The notes under the pieces are model-generated. The model ran no database searches. It was given only the letters and a program-made list of their open reading frames with translations, and was not told where the DNA came from. A DNA stretch of 64,000 bases, from NCBI RefSeq assembly GCF_000150275.1, contig NW_002060943.1, forward strand, positions 9,332,209 through 9,396,208, given 5' to 3'. This DNA comes from Trichoplax adhaerens. Lineage: Eukaryota; Animalia; Placozoa. Below are positions 1 to 21,700 of this stretch, one piece after another (position 1 is the stretch's first letter; every line of letters begins with the position of its first letter). The translations under genes were made by a program, and so were the position numbers.

Positions 1-732
1 TATACAAATTGAATAAAGCTACAAGTCATGATACTTTCTACACAGTGTAAATAATATTACTAACTGCTCGTAATTTAGATTAGAGAGCGTAAACGAAGTT
101 CCAGCTTTACAATTAGTTTATTATCAGTACGAGAAGTACTATCAATTATAAGTCATCTAAATAATAGCTAAGATGGGAGACAGATTGCTCATATAATAAT
201 GCAGTATGCTCTGTACAATATAAATTTCAGTGCAATCGATTACTATAACTCTTTTATTGAGTAACACTTCTTAAAAATTAGAAGCTAGTGCATTAATAGT
301 TATAATGTGTCTTTGAGAATACTTGAAGATATATCAATTACAGAAATATATCAAGTATTTATTCTAAGGCAGATAAAATTCGATAGTAAATTGCTTGTAT
401 TATCAATACATCAAGCAGAATCTACAGAAACCTGAACTCGTTACAAGTAAACACTCCAACACCCATCAGTAATGTTATGCGCAAAGTCGACAATACTGTA
501 CAAAAATTATGATGGACAGGTTAACAGGTACACAATATCCAATAGCACATACTATACTGTATCGTCTATAAATTGCACAGCTACTGCTTTCCTACATCAA
601 TTACGAAATCTCACTGCCTTTGTTTAATAATTTATTATTTAATAATTTATTATTAACCGCATTAAACCGAATATAGTCTATTCTATAAACCATGGTTTTT
701 AGTTATATATATACACTTCAATTAGTAAATTT

Positions 733-3414
733 TTAACGCGGTCTTTTTTTCCTCCTTTCCAAGAATTTATCTCTAATTTTAAGAAATTTTCTCCACCGGA
801 TAGGATCATCCCATTTGCCTCTACATGATTAATTTGAGATAAAAATATATGTATACATTGCATTTCAAACATCAAATTCTTAATGCTGTATTACTAACTT
901 TACTAAGCCATTCCAGTATAGTTCAGGAAAATAGTCTCGTTGAAGTAGAAACAAACTTTTACGTTCCTATGATGAAAGTATTTTTTAATATATTGAAGTA
1001 GCTATGAATATAAGTTTAGCTAGTACGTATACATATAAATAAACAGATACATATAATATCATTGCTACCTTGGATTGATTAAAAGGAAATGTTTCTAATG
1101 GTTCAAAATTGTAGTCATATTCAGCAAAAAGTAACTTTTTGCTGCCAGTAAAAATGCCGCATGAGGCATAACCAGAATACTAAAGTCAAAAAATATACAA
1201 TTCTTTAACAATAGAAAATACGTTCTCAAACGGAAAATTTGACATTCTTACTGTAGCTTTTGGCTGCAGGCCAAGTAGAATACTCTCAATATTCTTTTGT
1301 AGAGCTTTCGCTTGCGCACCTACTGCACCAAGAGATCTACCAACACCACAACCAATACAGTCACCAATGCCAAAAACATTACCAAACTCCTTATGAATCA
1401 ATGTTTGCGCATCAACATTAAGCATTCCTTTCATATCAGCCAATTTACTATATCCAAGGACCTTAGGAGGAGCTAAAGGGGGGGCCACATATAGAAAATT
1501 AAACTGTATAACGATATAATAACCAAATATGTTAGCTCTGGCTTATTGATATGACAAATAAGTAAAAAATAGTGCAACGACTTTTACTTAAGATGATTTT
1601 AGTAATTTTATAGGATAAATTTTATTTGATCCGTGAATTGATATATATATATATATTAGCACTGTATAATATAATTATCTACACACACTAAGAAGCTAGA
1701 TATCTATTTTACCTTCATTTCAAGTTTGTCAGTAGATTCATTGTCTTCCTTCCTAAAAAACGCTAACTTTCGATCATCATCGACCTCAAGTAGATTGTAA
1801 CCTTTGTGAACAAGTACATTTTTCTGTTGACAAATTTCATCTAAGCGCTTCGAATACTTGTCAACCAGAAACAATTGCTCAAAAGGAGTAAACAGGTCTA
1901 TTTGTACTTTTGTTCTGGTTCCAGACTAATCAAATAGGAAATTGAATTTTAGCATCTAATAGATTAGTCTTTGCTGTAGTCTATATCTAGTCTATAAACC
2001 TTAAAGGGCGATTTAAAAATTAAATATACATGCATAAGGCCTTATGATAATATGCGTATCCATAAAACAAATTATTAAATTAAACTAACCTGGCGCAAAT
2101 AATCATCGACCAAATAGGCCATGCTAAGCGTCGTCGTATCGCAATTAACAGTAGACCTCGAACAAGCAAATAACCCTTCTCCGGACCGAAATTCTTGCAG
2201 TCTCTCATAAGTCTTAGCGACGTCATCAGTATCGTATATCGATGTAGCAGAACCATTTGCAACAGCTTCAACTAAACCTGTAATCTGTAATTTAAATGAA
2301 TTAAGATAGAGAAAATAACGTTAAGCATAACAACAAGATTAAAAAGTATCAGTTGCAATGAATAAATACTCTTAAACTATGCCGAATCCTGCATAATTGC
2401 AGTAGTAGTTGTATACTGTACTATAGTTAGCGTGTTCATCTTTTTAGGTCAATACTGTACGTGTATTTATTGTCCTTTATACAATATGTAATACCTGATC
2501 GAATTGAGGTTGTACTCCAACGGCAATAACCAAGTACTCGTATTTCACCTAAGGAATCATACACGTACAGTGCCAATGAAAGAAGAACTTAATCGAAAAT
2601 TATCCATAGCAATACAGTAACGATTAAGGTTAATCCAACAAGTTGGACCTGATGGCTAACTATCCCATTTTACAGTAGTGTATCTGTACTATAGAGGGTA
2701 ACAAAAAAATCTGTATGATCTGTACCGACTCCGATCTCGTACTTATACAGGATAATTATACGAGTCAGACGGTTCGGTTAATTCGGATCACTAATCCATA
2801 ATTGTAAATACATTGTAGCATATTTATCTTACCTTGTCGCCATCTTCCGTAAAGATACAATTATTATCAGGATCAAACCGAGCAGCTGCAGTTTTTAACC
2901 ACTCACATCCGTAAGGTAATACTTTCCTCGTTGGCAGCTGAGATCGACTGGAAACTTTTATTCCGCAACTGATCATTGGCCATAAGCTCCGATAGTAATG
3001 ATACTATATGAAATTGACGTTAAAAGAATATTTCTTGTTGAATCATTTCTCTAATTTTGCAACTATCACACTAGATAATTTAGGCGTGTAATATAATCTA
3101 TTGCCTTGACTAATTTAAAACTGAACAATTGCAATATAGTTTTACTTCTCGTTTAATAACAACATTTATCCATCTACCTCAGATGGTTCCACAATCCAAA
3201 CGGTTCCAGCGCCAAACTTCTTAGTCAAAGTAGAAGCTACAGTAATTCCTCCACTGCCACCACCAACAATCAAGAATTTGGCGTTAAATTCTCCATGCTT
3301 TATGAGACTAGTTGTAATATTTCTACATTTGAGCGCTTGCAATTTACTAATTGACGTTGCGCCTTGGAGACAACTTACATTTAGCTTCAAGTAATGAAGC
3401 GATGAACGAAACAT
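733..3414 (-). CDS. SQOR: Sulfide:quinone oxidoreductase-like mitochondrial flavoprotein (multi-exon, about 9 exons), divergent
   Basis: ATG at 3414 opens a basic mitochondrial-presequence-like N-terminus, followed by the Rossmann motif FLIVGGGSGG. Joined exons read WLKTAAARFDPDNNCIFTEDGDK, VKYEYLVIAVG, NVFGIGDC, YSGYASC...FAEYDY, ETFPFNQ and YFPELYWNGLVKGKW, all collinear with animal SQOR. Stop TAA at 733-735. Confidence 0.9.
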
Positions 3415-3589
3415 GTTAAATGAGTCAGCGAGCACACGTACAGTACGAATACCGAATTAAATTCTCATTACTTTAATGACAAATGTTACTTTCTGTTATC
3501 AAAGCGCTGTACTACGGACTCTTCCAAGTTGTAATTATATCGCCTTCATCAACAAAAAATGTCTCAAAAGATCTTTTAGCTATGCAATA

Positions 3590-3755
3590 CTTACAGCACT
3601 GTATAGTTTAATTACTGTGCTGTATATATTGACGGTACTGTACTACTTTACATGTCCTGTTCTGTACTGTATTTTTCTCTTTAGTAGTCCCTGAACGATA
3701 CTGTACAGTATACACTACTGTAAGGTTTTCTCTCCCACAGTACTGCACAGTATGA
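3590..3755. repeat. Degenerate TACAG/CTGTA (GTAC-core) patch upstream of SQOR
   Basis: Clustered tactgt/acagta words (e.g. atactgtacagtat, cacagtactgcacagta) about 180-340 bp upstream of the SQOR ATG. Confidence 0.65.
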
Positions 3756-4699
3756 TACCGCATGAAATTCTGATTACATCATGCTACACAGCGCGGGTAC
3801 TGGCTAGCAGTTTTGGAAGGTATTGCCCACAAATCTTCATTTTAAAATCATATCATTTGCAGAGGTCTGCCATTGCATAATAATAGACAGATTAATAATC
3901 TTCATTGGCCATTTGTTTTTTAATTGAAAAATATCACAATTTAGGGTGGCGCAAACTCGATTTCGCACTCCCTTTAACCCTCCTAAAAATTTTTAGACCC
4001 ATCGATTTTCCATCGTACATTGTGAAGCCTGGTGTCTTTGATCAACTATCTTATGAACACAAATCACCGTTTGTACCCTCCAATTTAATGGATACTAAAC
4101 AGCTTCCTCTACAACTCTATTCAAAATATTTTGCATAAATTGCTTTGCTGACTGCAGTTTATACAGTTTATAATACAGTACATACTGATAAGCTGCAAAC
4201 CCTTGAAATTAGGCCATCACCACAGATGAAGAAGAATCTTATTCATTTTTTACTGAATAGCTGTGCTGGAGCAGCTAAATTCCTATTCTTACTGTACGGT
4301 GTAATTAAGCTACTGCACTGAAGTATGCCTTGCATGTACTAAACCTTTTAGCAATCTCCTGGCGCATGAGACTGCCTTCTACTTATTCTAGTCCATTATT
4401 AGAAATTCAATGTGCATTCAAGAAACTAAAGGAACTAATATCGTACGATTAAACAGATGTACTTACAACAAATGCCATATTGGCTAATGATCATATCGTC
4501 AGACATAGTTATGCAAGTACAATATTTTATTAGATTAAACTAGATCAAATAATACGTAGACATGTATACTAGGTGATATCTAGTACTGTACAAATAAATG
4601 TATACTCATGAGACACGAAGAAACAGTTACTTCTATTTTATCGCATCGATTTAATCATGTTTCTAGCTACTGCATCAATACAGTGCGTATAATAATTAT

Positions 4700-7096
4700 T
4701 TAATCCGATCTAAAAAAATGTAAAAAATTTTCATAATTTAATATCTGTCCGGGTACTGATGTCAATTCCATCTTAATGAATTGCGGTAAATTCATGGAGC
4801 AGTCTGCAGCGTATAATAAAAGAGAACGACAACATATTATATGCCTACTGGCGAAAGATTGTTTAATATCCTATTTTACTTCAGTAAATTTGGCAGGTAA
4901 GACAGATTTAAGAATTTGAACACCTTTGAATACTCTGATACCTTTTGTAAAGATTGGTGGATATGGAGGTGGAGCTTTGAGGTAGGTATTGCTATCTTTT
5001 GTAGTTTTCATATGAGAGCGATCGGAAGCAAAAGTCTCCAAGAAATCTAAAGCTGGAATCACTCGAAAAAGCCTACAGTGATACGTTTGGAAACGCTAGT
5101 GAGACTATTGTTAGCAATCGTAACGATTTAAATATATACAGTCTAACCAGACTAATGTTGTAAACATAGAATATTAGGTAATTTAGAAAATCAAAATTAC
5201 GTTAGAATGCTATTTTAGACTTTACACTCAAAAAGTATGCAACCAGTTCAAGATATCATACTCGTCAGTTGAAAATGTATCTTCAACGCTCTAGGATAGT
5301 ACCTTTGAAATTGCTTCTGTAACTCATCATCAGGCCTTAAGCCATGTGTAACATAATCGTAAAACGTACACGGAAACTGCAATTGCGAATCGAAGTCGAA
5401 CACTGAGACTAAATTAGAGGCTTTTCGTATCAGTATTACGTGATAGTCCTGAATTAGAATTGAGGTGATAATGTTAGAAGGAAGATCGAAATTTTACATG
5501 GCAAATAATGGCATCACATGTATGCTTATAATTGTTATAGCCTATTGAATAAATAATTAAAGCAAAACTAGCTAGACAAGCTTTAACTACCCAAACAATC
5601 AGGCCGTTTTCTTTATCACTCGCTTGCTGCTTCCATAAGGCTACCTAAACAAGATTTAGCACTATTTAAAATTGCATAGTAACCTAAACTAGTACAAAAC
5701 GGCATCCTAATTCTAAAGGAAACGATTGATAGATATCAATACGAGATAATTTTCCATTATTGCATAGCTTCCTTAACGATATGTTGAATGACAACTTTGC
5801 TTAATCATGTTATAATCTAATCCAAATAAATAAATTGACAACAAGAGGGAACTGGATAACACTGAAGTTTGATATAAATGCATGTGTTAATTGAAAACGA
5901 CTGGGAGTGACGGATTCACCAAATTAATAAATAATGCATTTGGTTTAAGAAATATCCTACGTAAGCCATATTAGTGCCGTAAATGTTTACTGATTCATAA
6001 TGCATCAGAAGACCAACTTTAGCCAAGTGTGCTAAGAAACTTTTGCACTAGCCGGGGGTCTAACACATTATTAACACACCGAAAAAAAAAACTCTTTACT
6101 GTAACTGCAACAAAGCATCAGTACCGTCACCGGGAATAACGGAAAATTAGTCTACCAAATATTGTTCAATACAAATACGCAGTATTAAATTAAAATTTAC
6201 TGTATGCAAAATATCGCGAACGGGATATTCTATTAGTAATAAGCAGTAATTATGACTACAGTGATATTATTATCAAACATGCTATGGCACCCGGTACTGT
6301 AATGGGAATCAATACCGTTTTATTATCGTTCGATATGAAAACGGCGTAGAACTCTTGTATGACAGCCTTTGATGATTGTTGAATTCGTTCACATAACTTC
6401 CATACATTTTCTTCACTGCAAAATATATCCCAAAAAATAGATGTCAATTTCATATACAACATGCATGTAAGCAGTACACGTTAATAATAACAATAACGTA
6501 TAATCTCGATATCATCATTCATCAATTACGAGAGATAAAATAACACTTCTTGGCTAACAAAAACATCCGGTTTGAACATTGATACCTACCCGCACAGCAA
6601 GCCGTGCGAATGATATTTCTTATAATATTAGTTGATGATCGATTGGGTGTGCATTCTCTATTTTACAGACTCATTATTATTATAATTATTAAAGTATGGC
6701 ATAGTATGAAAGGATATGCCACGAATTTGATCAAAATCGATAGGTATGGATAAAGGCCGATCGTAGCTATACGTACATAGCTGACAGTCAGCTGGGATAC
6801 GTATATGATATGATATACTATCTTAATTGAGCCTCTTTTCCTTGTAACTGATGATTTAGAATGACTAAAGTCTACTAAGTGTTGATAATAAACTGAAGGC
6901 ATTCTGTAATCAAAGCTAGGCGCTGCAGACTACACTTTAAGACTAGGTGTTTCTATACTGTACACCAAAAACGAGCACCAATTAACTTAGTCTAGAAACG
7001 AATGGCTGCCATTCCAACCATTGTAACTATCACAACTCACCAATAATATGGAGTGTAATCACAAATAATTCCTTCAAACGTTCGTTGCAATGTCAT
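4700..7096 (-). CDS. NTAQ1: Protein N-terminal glutamine amidohydrolase (Nt-Q amidase, WDYHV1), 6 exons
   Basis: Joined exons: [19 protein letters not shown]|EENVWKLCE...[12 protein letters not shown]|[18 protein letters not shown]|DYHVILI...[12 protein letters not shown]|[22 protein letters not shown]...PPPYPPI|[11 protein letters not shown]...RSD*. The WDYHV signature and the Cys/His/Asp triad positions are present. All junctions are GT-AG. Confidence 0.93.
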
Positions 7097-7200
7097 ACCA
7101 AGTATACTGTACATACAAATAATTAATTCATCAATACATGAAACTCAATATAGTAACAGGACTCTAATTCGTATGGAGTGTGCTGGCAAAAGATATGAAA

Positions 7201-7695
7201 TACTGTACAGTGCATAGTACAGTAATCTACAGTACATGCTACCGTGAAGTATGTCCTGTAGTACAGTACAGTATTGTAGCGTTCCTTTTACGTACAGTAC
7301 AGTACAGTACAGTACAGTACTGTACTGTACTGTAGACCTGAGTGTATTGTACTGTACACATTCGTTTTTACAAAATCCTACCGTACTGTACGTACTGTAC
7401 AGTATAAAAGAAAACAAAGACAAACATCACAAAAATTGTACTGACAAATAGTGACCATGCAGTGTACAGTACTGTACAGTACTGTATCAAAACCTGTACA
7501 GTACAGTACTGTACAGTATTGTACAGTATGCTACCGTACTGTACTGTACACTGTACACTGTAAAGGAGAAACTGCTAGCAAAAGCAATGTCACTATTTAC
7601 GATGATTTACGCGAGCAAAAACTCACTATCTAGCCTCAGGATGAAACAACACAAGTGACATTACTTTTTGTACGGTACAGTACTGAGTACTGTAG
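7201..7695. repeat. Palindromic (TACAG)n/(CTGTA)n array in the NTAQ1-SIN3 head-to-head spacer
   Basis: Runs such as tacagtacagtacagtacagtacagtac-tgtactgtactgta (about 7284-7334) and cagtactgtacagtactgta. Densest at 7201-7562. Confidence 0.92.
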
Positions 7696-8356
7696 CAACA
7701 TCCGAACACAAACACCGATTTTTAAATTAAAAATATATAAATTTTTTGCGTACATGATAGTCAAGGTAAATTCATACGGTGCTGCTGCTGGATTTCCTGG
7801 AAGAGACTCGAACTTACTACTATCGCTTCTATTTCTACCTGACTAGAAGATCATCTGGTACTTCAGGTATTATAAATCCGTACATTTAGATATTTTATAG
7901 CTTTCTGCCAGATTTTTTCCATTCATTGCATCCAAAGCCAATTTAAAACGATATAGACATAATGGGATATATTCTGTTCATACGTACAAGTTTTCATATT
8001 GGATGCTAAATTCTTGGATAGGAAACCAAACCTAGTTCAGGACTCGAGTGTATATACAGTATAGTACAATACAACTTATTGAACAAGTACTTGAAGGGCA
8101 GTAACACATTGTACGCTATAATACAGTATATAACATGAAAACAGCTAAAATTATACTGTAATCTACTTACATTGCACCATATTCGTTCATTTAGCTACTA
8201 CTCTACTGTATGTTTCAAACTTTTTAGTCCACTAACTTGACTTGTTACGCTATCTCTTGCCCGGTGGCTGTATTTTGAGCTTGTACTTTTTTCGAAAATG
8301 TTTTAGGTAAGACAGATTACCTGACTAGCGGCGGTAATCGGTAATCGGTAATCGCT

Positions 8357-16996
<8,640 letters not shown>

Positions 16997-18724
16997 TTTT
17001 CTGAAGCCCTTAAGATAGAATATTAGATATTCTAATGCACTATTGTATTCGTTATATTAAAAAATCCTGTTCGCAAGAAACATTTCCTCGATTATTAATT
17101 CCGATTTCTATAAACTTTTGAGGCGCTATTTTGCTTGAAAATATTATAGCCTATGTAAATCAGAAGAGTTTAGTCTCTTTACTGTTATATGGAATGTACA
17201 GTTTTGTTCTTCGATAATTATTTACGTGACAGCTAACAAAAGTGCCATTGTAATTGATTTTTGTTTCCTGATACCGTTGAATAACAAACTAGTAATGTAT
17301 CTAGATTTAAGTCTCAGTACTTGAGAGAGATATTTAAATGTAAGCATCACTGGATAGTATTAATTGTTTCCAGCTATGATCAATTTCAATTGGCTATGCA
17401 ATATGGTGATCTTTAGCTACTATTTACCAGTATTTCTGAGGCCTTATACGGCCATATAAATTTCGATAAAAATAACTGGCGACTGCAAAATGCAGATCTA
17501 TGGAATAATAAATATTTGAAGCTCAATAAAAGTTTCTCTAACAGTTAACTTATTATGGCTAGAAATTTACCTTAACAACCTGTACTATATATATATAATA
17601 CTATATAATGAATATAAGTTTATCCACAAGGTTATGGATTCTTGATTAGGATTTCGTTTACGATCAAGCTAGTACTGTATTTGATGATGTGTCGTAGCGA
17701 AGTAGTAGTTCATTGTATTCGTAGTAAATAACGTTGCGTTCGGATTAACGTATTTGCCACAATTTGTAAAAATGTATAACCATCGACCGAAAGAAACTAT
17801 CATGACATATGATCTTGTAGTCGTTAGAATTCCATGATACGGTACTATTCTCATTACTATAAAGCAACTGATCAATGAAGTACATGGTGCCTAAATACCC
17901 TACTGAAACATGCATAGACGGATTCCTTCAATATAATTCTATGTGTCGATATATGTATTTTTGTAAGTATGCTAATGATAAATTATAACTAGCTCATCTC
18001 TAGTTTAATTAAGCGCTGTAATATAGATAATCGTATAAAACTATACCTACTTAGTAAATTTAAGAGTATTAACACCAAATTTAAAAATATGGTAAATATA
18101 TCGTGAATGTAATAAGATTATATGATAAGTATGTAGAGTATGCGTTATTGTACTTAAATAGACCTTTTGACATCTAGACTGTATCAATGAGTGTATCCGA
18201 TAATACAATGTAAACATTAAACCACTTTAATTTGATTGATGTTATGACCAGTTAATAGAGTACAATATTATGCCGGATATCAATGACATACAGTATACAC
18301 GTTTTGAATGTTTTCGAAATTTACATTTTTGAATATTTCACATATCCTGTAATCTATAGTGTATGTCGCTAGGAAATCTCTCATATAGCATAAATGATTT
18401 AAATCGCAGGCAATATACAGGACGTAGTCCATATCTGTATCGTTAGGAAATTTCGCACACGTTCGAATAGTGACTTATCTAAGCATTGGTAGAATTGATG
18501 GCAAGCTGAGATAACTTTACAAGACCACTTAATTAGGTATAAATTTATCTTAACTAAAATTAATTTCCTGTACAATTAAATTCCGATATTATTGATATTA
18601 TTCTTATTATAAACTTTACAAACGAGTAGAAATTGTTACAAACATTAAAAATTGTTGCTACTTTAGTAGTACAAAATATAAGAGAAAAAATGAATCAACC
18701 GACTTAAATAGAGCGAAATTAATA

Positions 18725-21700
18725 TCACGAAGCATATGAATATTGCTGAATTATACCCAAGTATAAATTATCAGGATAAAATTTCTTGACCAGTTTTGTT
18801 AAAAGTTCATAACACTGGGGCAAAGCATTTTTGGAATCTAGTATGTATTTACTTGTATCGCATACAATATTTTTTACAGTAGTATATTCCTTATTCTTCT
18901 GTAAAGCCTCAAATTTTCTGAGCATTTGCACCGCATGAGTGCTTGGTTCAACCGCTCCAGTTTGCATTACTTGCTTGCTATTTTTACCCGTTCGATATCT
19001 CACAGAATCTCCAATAGCACCTTCACCGGTTGGTTCCTTTCTCAAAACAACCGTTTTTGTTACTGCACTAACAGGCATTTGTGATTCTAAGTAAATTGCG
19101 AGTGCTTTTGCTGTTAAACGAAAACTAAAACAAAGTAACAACGTCATCATATGATCCGAAAATCAAATATATCGCATATATTATAGCCTTACCTTAACGA
19201 TAAGTTTGATTTTTTCCCTAATCCAATTGCCCCTAAAATGCCAGACGATGATCGATCTTCGGCAACACTGTACAATTGAGAGATAAATTTTCGCAAAATA
19301 GCGATAACCTCAGGCTCATCACCACCATATTGTATTTGACGAATAATTAATTCCAAAATTTTTGCCCAAATAAGTAAACCTTTGGATTCAATCTCCTTTC
19401 TAAACAACATTAAATAAAGACAAGTTATATCAGTATAAATTTCGATAAAGTGACTTAGCAAATTCGTTTAGAATTATAACTATTGGACTATGAGATTCAC
19501 GTTAATTTCGTATTCCCATTCCAATTTGTCAATATTTCTAGACGAAGCCGCTCATCTTGAATGTTTCGACAAAGTGGTAGCTGCTGCAAGATATGCCCAT
19601 AAAGGGTTAAAAAAGCACAGTTTTTGAGGCACTGAGAAATAAATTCATCAAGATTAAGCTCCGGGACAATCAAATGCCTATACACCAAAGACCATCCTCC
19701 AATTAAATCGTTACCGCTGTCAATAGCAATCTTTAGTTGGTTAAAATAGCCCCCAATTAATGACTCCACCATTCCTACCATTAAACGTACAGACGCTAAA
19801 GTCTGCGTTGCGGCAGTAATACAGGCTAGCTGTAAATCAAGGTAGCAACTGTTATTCATAAACTTTAACACCTGTTCGGAAAATCCTATAGAGTAGTCAT
19901 TTTTTGAAGAGCACTGATTAAATAGCCTTAAAAATTCACTTAATAGCGTTGTCAATTCCCAACTAAAATCACTTCGAGCGTTAGATACTCCCGTAATTCT
20001 TTCGATAGTGGAAAGTAAAGCTATTATAGCGTTATTGTATTTCTTTGCTGGCATTACATCTTGCATGGTGCAAGTGCATAATAATTTAATAATACAACGA
20101 ATATAAGAAACCCGTTTCTCAGAAATTTCTTCAAGAGATTCATTGCAACTATCCTTATAAAAACCAGCAACAATTTGCATTAATCTTGTTGTTAAATGAA
20201 TACCAGATAACTCATCCAAAATTTCAATAGGTGAACAGCGAGAGTGAAATATTTTAATAATGTCACTGTAAGTTTGAAAGTTAATTAGGTGCCAGTCATA
20301 ATTTTCAGCAGTTTGTAGTAGTCGAGTCATTTCACCTCTTTTACTGGCTAAAGTACCCTTATCCAGAGAGTAAAGAATCAAAATCTTTAATAGTTGTTCG
20401 TGTAATTTAATGAAATCGCTAGTATTTAAATTTCCCCTCGCTCTCTCAATCACAGTCGACCAATTGATTTCGGAGCAAATGCTTCCGACAAATGTAATTG
20501 ATTGCCTTTCAAGTGTACGTGAAACTGACAACATAGATTCCATAACAGATAAATCAGGTTTAAATATGGACCACTGCACATTAATAAAGGTCTCATGGTA
20601 CACATTCAAAACCAAATCTGGAGTACACGGAGAAGAATTAATGTAATAGAACTTCCAAAGCAGATTGATAATAGCTTCTTGTCCGAATGGTCTGTCCTGG
20701 TATTCGTCAAGAAGTAGTCGAGTTAGAGTCAAGAACAATCGAGTCATTGTTAACCCTGGTACCAAACTGGTATTGTTCCATGGACATGCTAACTTGGTAT
20801 CTTCAGAATTTTTAATTACACAGATCCATGGTTCAAAGAACATGGTTAGACAAGACCAGGTGTCTGTAATTGAAATTACTGAATTTGATGCACCATCTTG
20901 CCTCGCAGATTTTGAAATGAATGTGCTAAAGAGATTCTCAAAAAATTTTTGCAGTAGGTTTAAATAAATAGTCCAATTATCGTAAAAGCTATTACAAGTA
21001 ATGATACGGTGAGAATCAGCATTTACTAATACCATTGGAGTATTAAGGCGAATGTCCAAAAAAAACACAGCAAGCCAGTCGATTACTTGCTTAAGTTCGT
21101 CCCATCGTAAACACGACAGAAAGCTTTTGGAATCAACTTCCATAACAATTGTATCAATAAAGTCAGATAAACAATGGGGATTTAATTTTTTTACCTTGCA
21201 GTTAGCAAGAACCAATTTTAACGATTCTGCGAAATGATCCGGAAATTGGTGTTCTAGCATGAACTTAAAATTCATGCTGTGATATCGAAACAGACCAATA
21301 TCTCTTTCAGAAGGATTCACACCACAAGCCACTAGACCATTAACTATAACTTCTAGGAGACGTGATCTTTCCGAAAGCATCGGGTGGCCACTGAGCCATT
21401 TTGAAATGTCGAATCTAGCCAAAAATAATTCAGCTTCTGAACTTCCAATAGCATTGACCATTTGTAATATTGATGAATACATTGCAACGATTCGATTAGG
21501 TAACACATTCGGTGAAAAATAGGCAGCTACAGCAGAAGCTTTGCCAGGATGCTGAATCGCGAAGGACAAGAGGGATTCCATTTCGGCAGGATTATTGTGT
21601 ATGAATTGCTATAGTATAAAACAAGTATAGATGGAAACATATTTATAGATACAAAGTTAAGACAAGACCCATACAAATATGAGAAAGAGCGTAAATAATC

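Noticed and set aside
7145-7633. ORFs rich in YSTVLYCTVQ (also 30383-30725, 47516-48039)
   Set aside because: These are stop-poor translations of TACAG/CTGTA arrays on both strands, not proteins.
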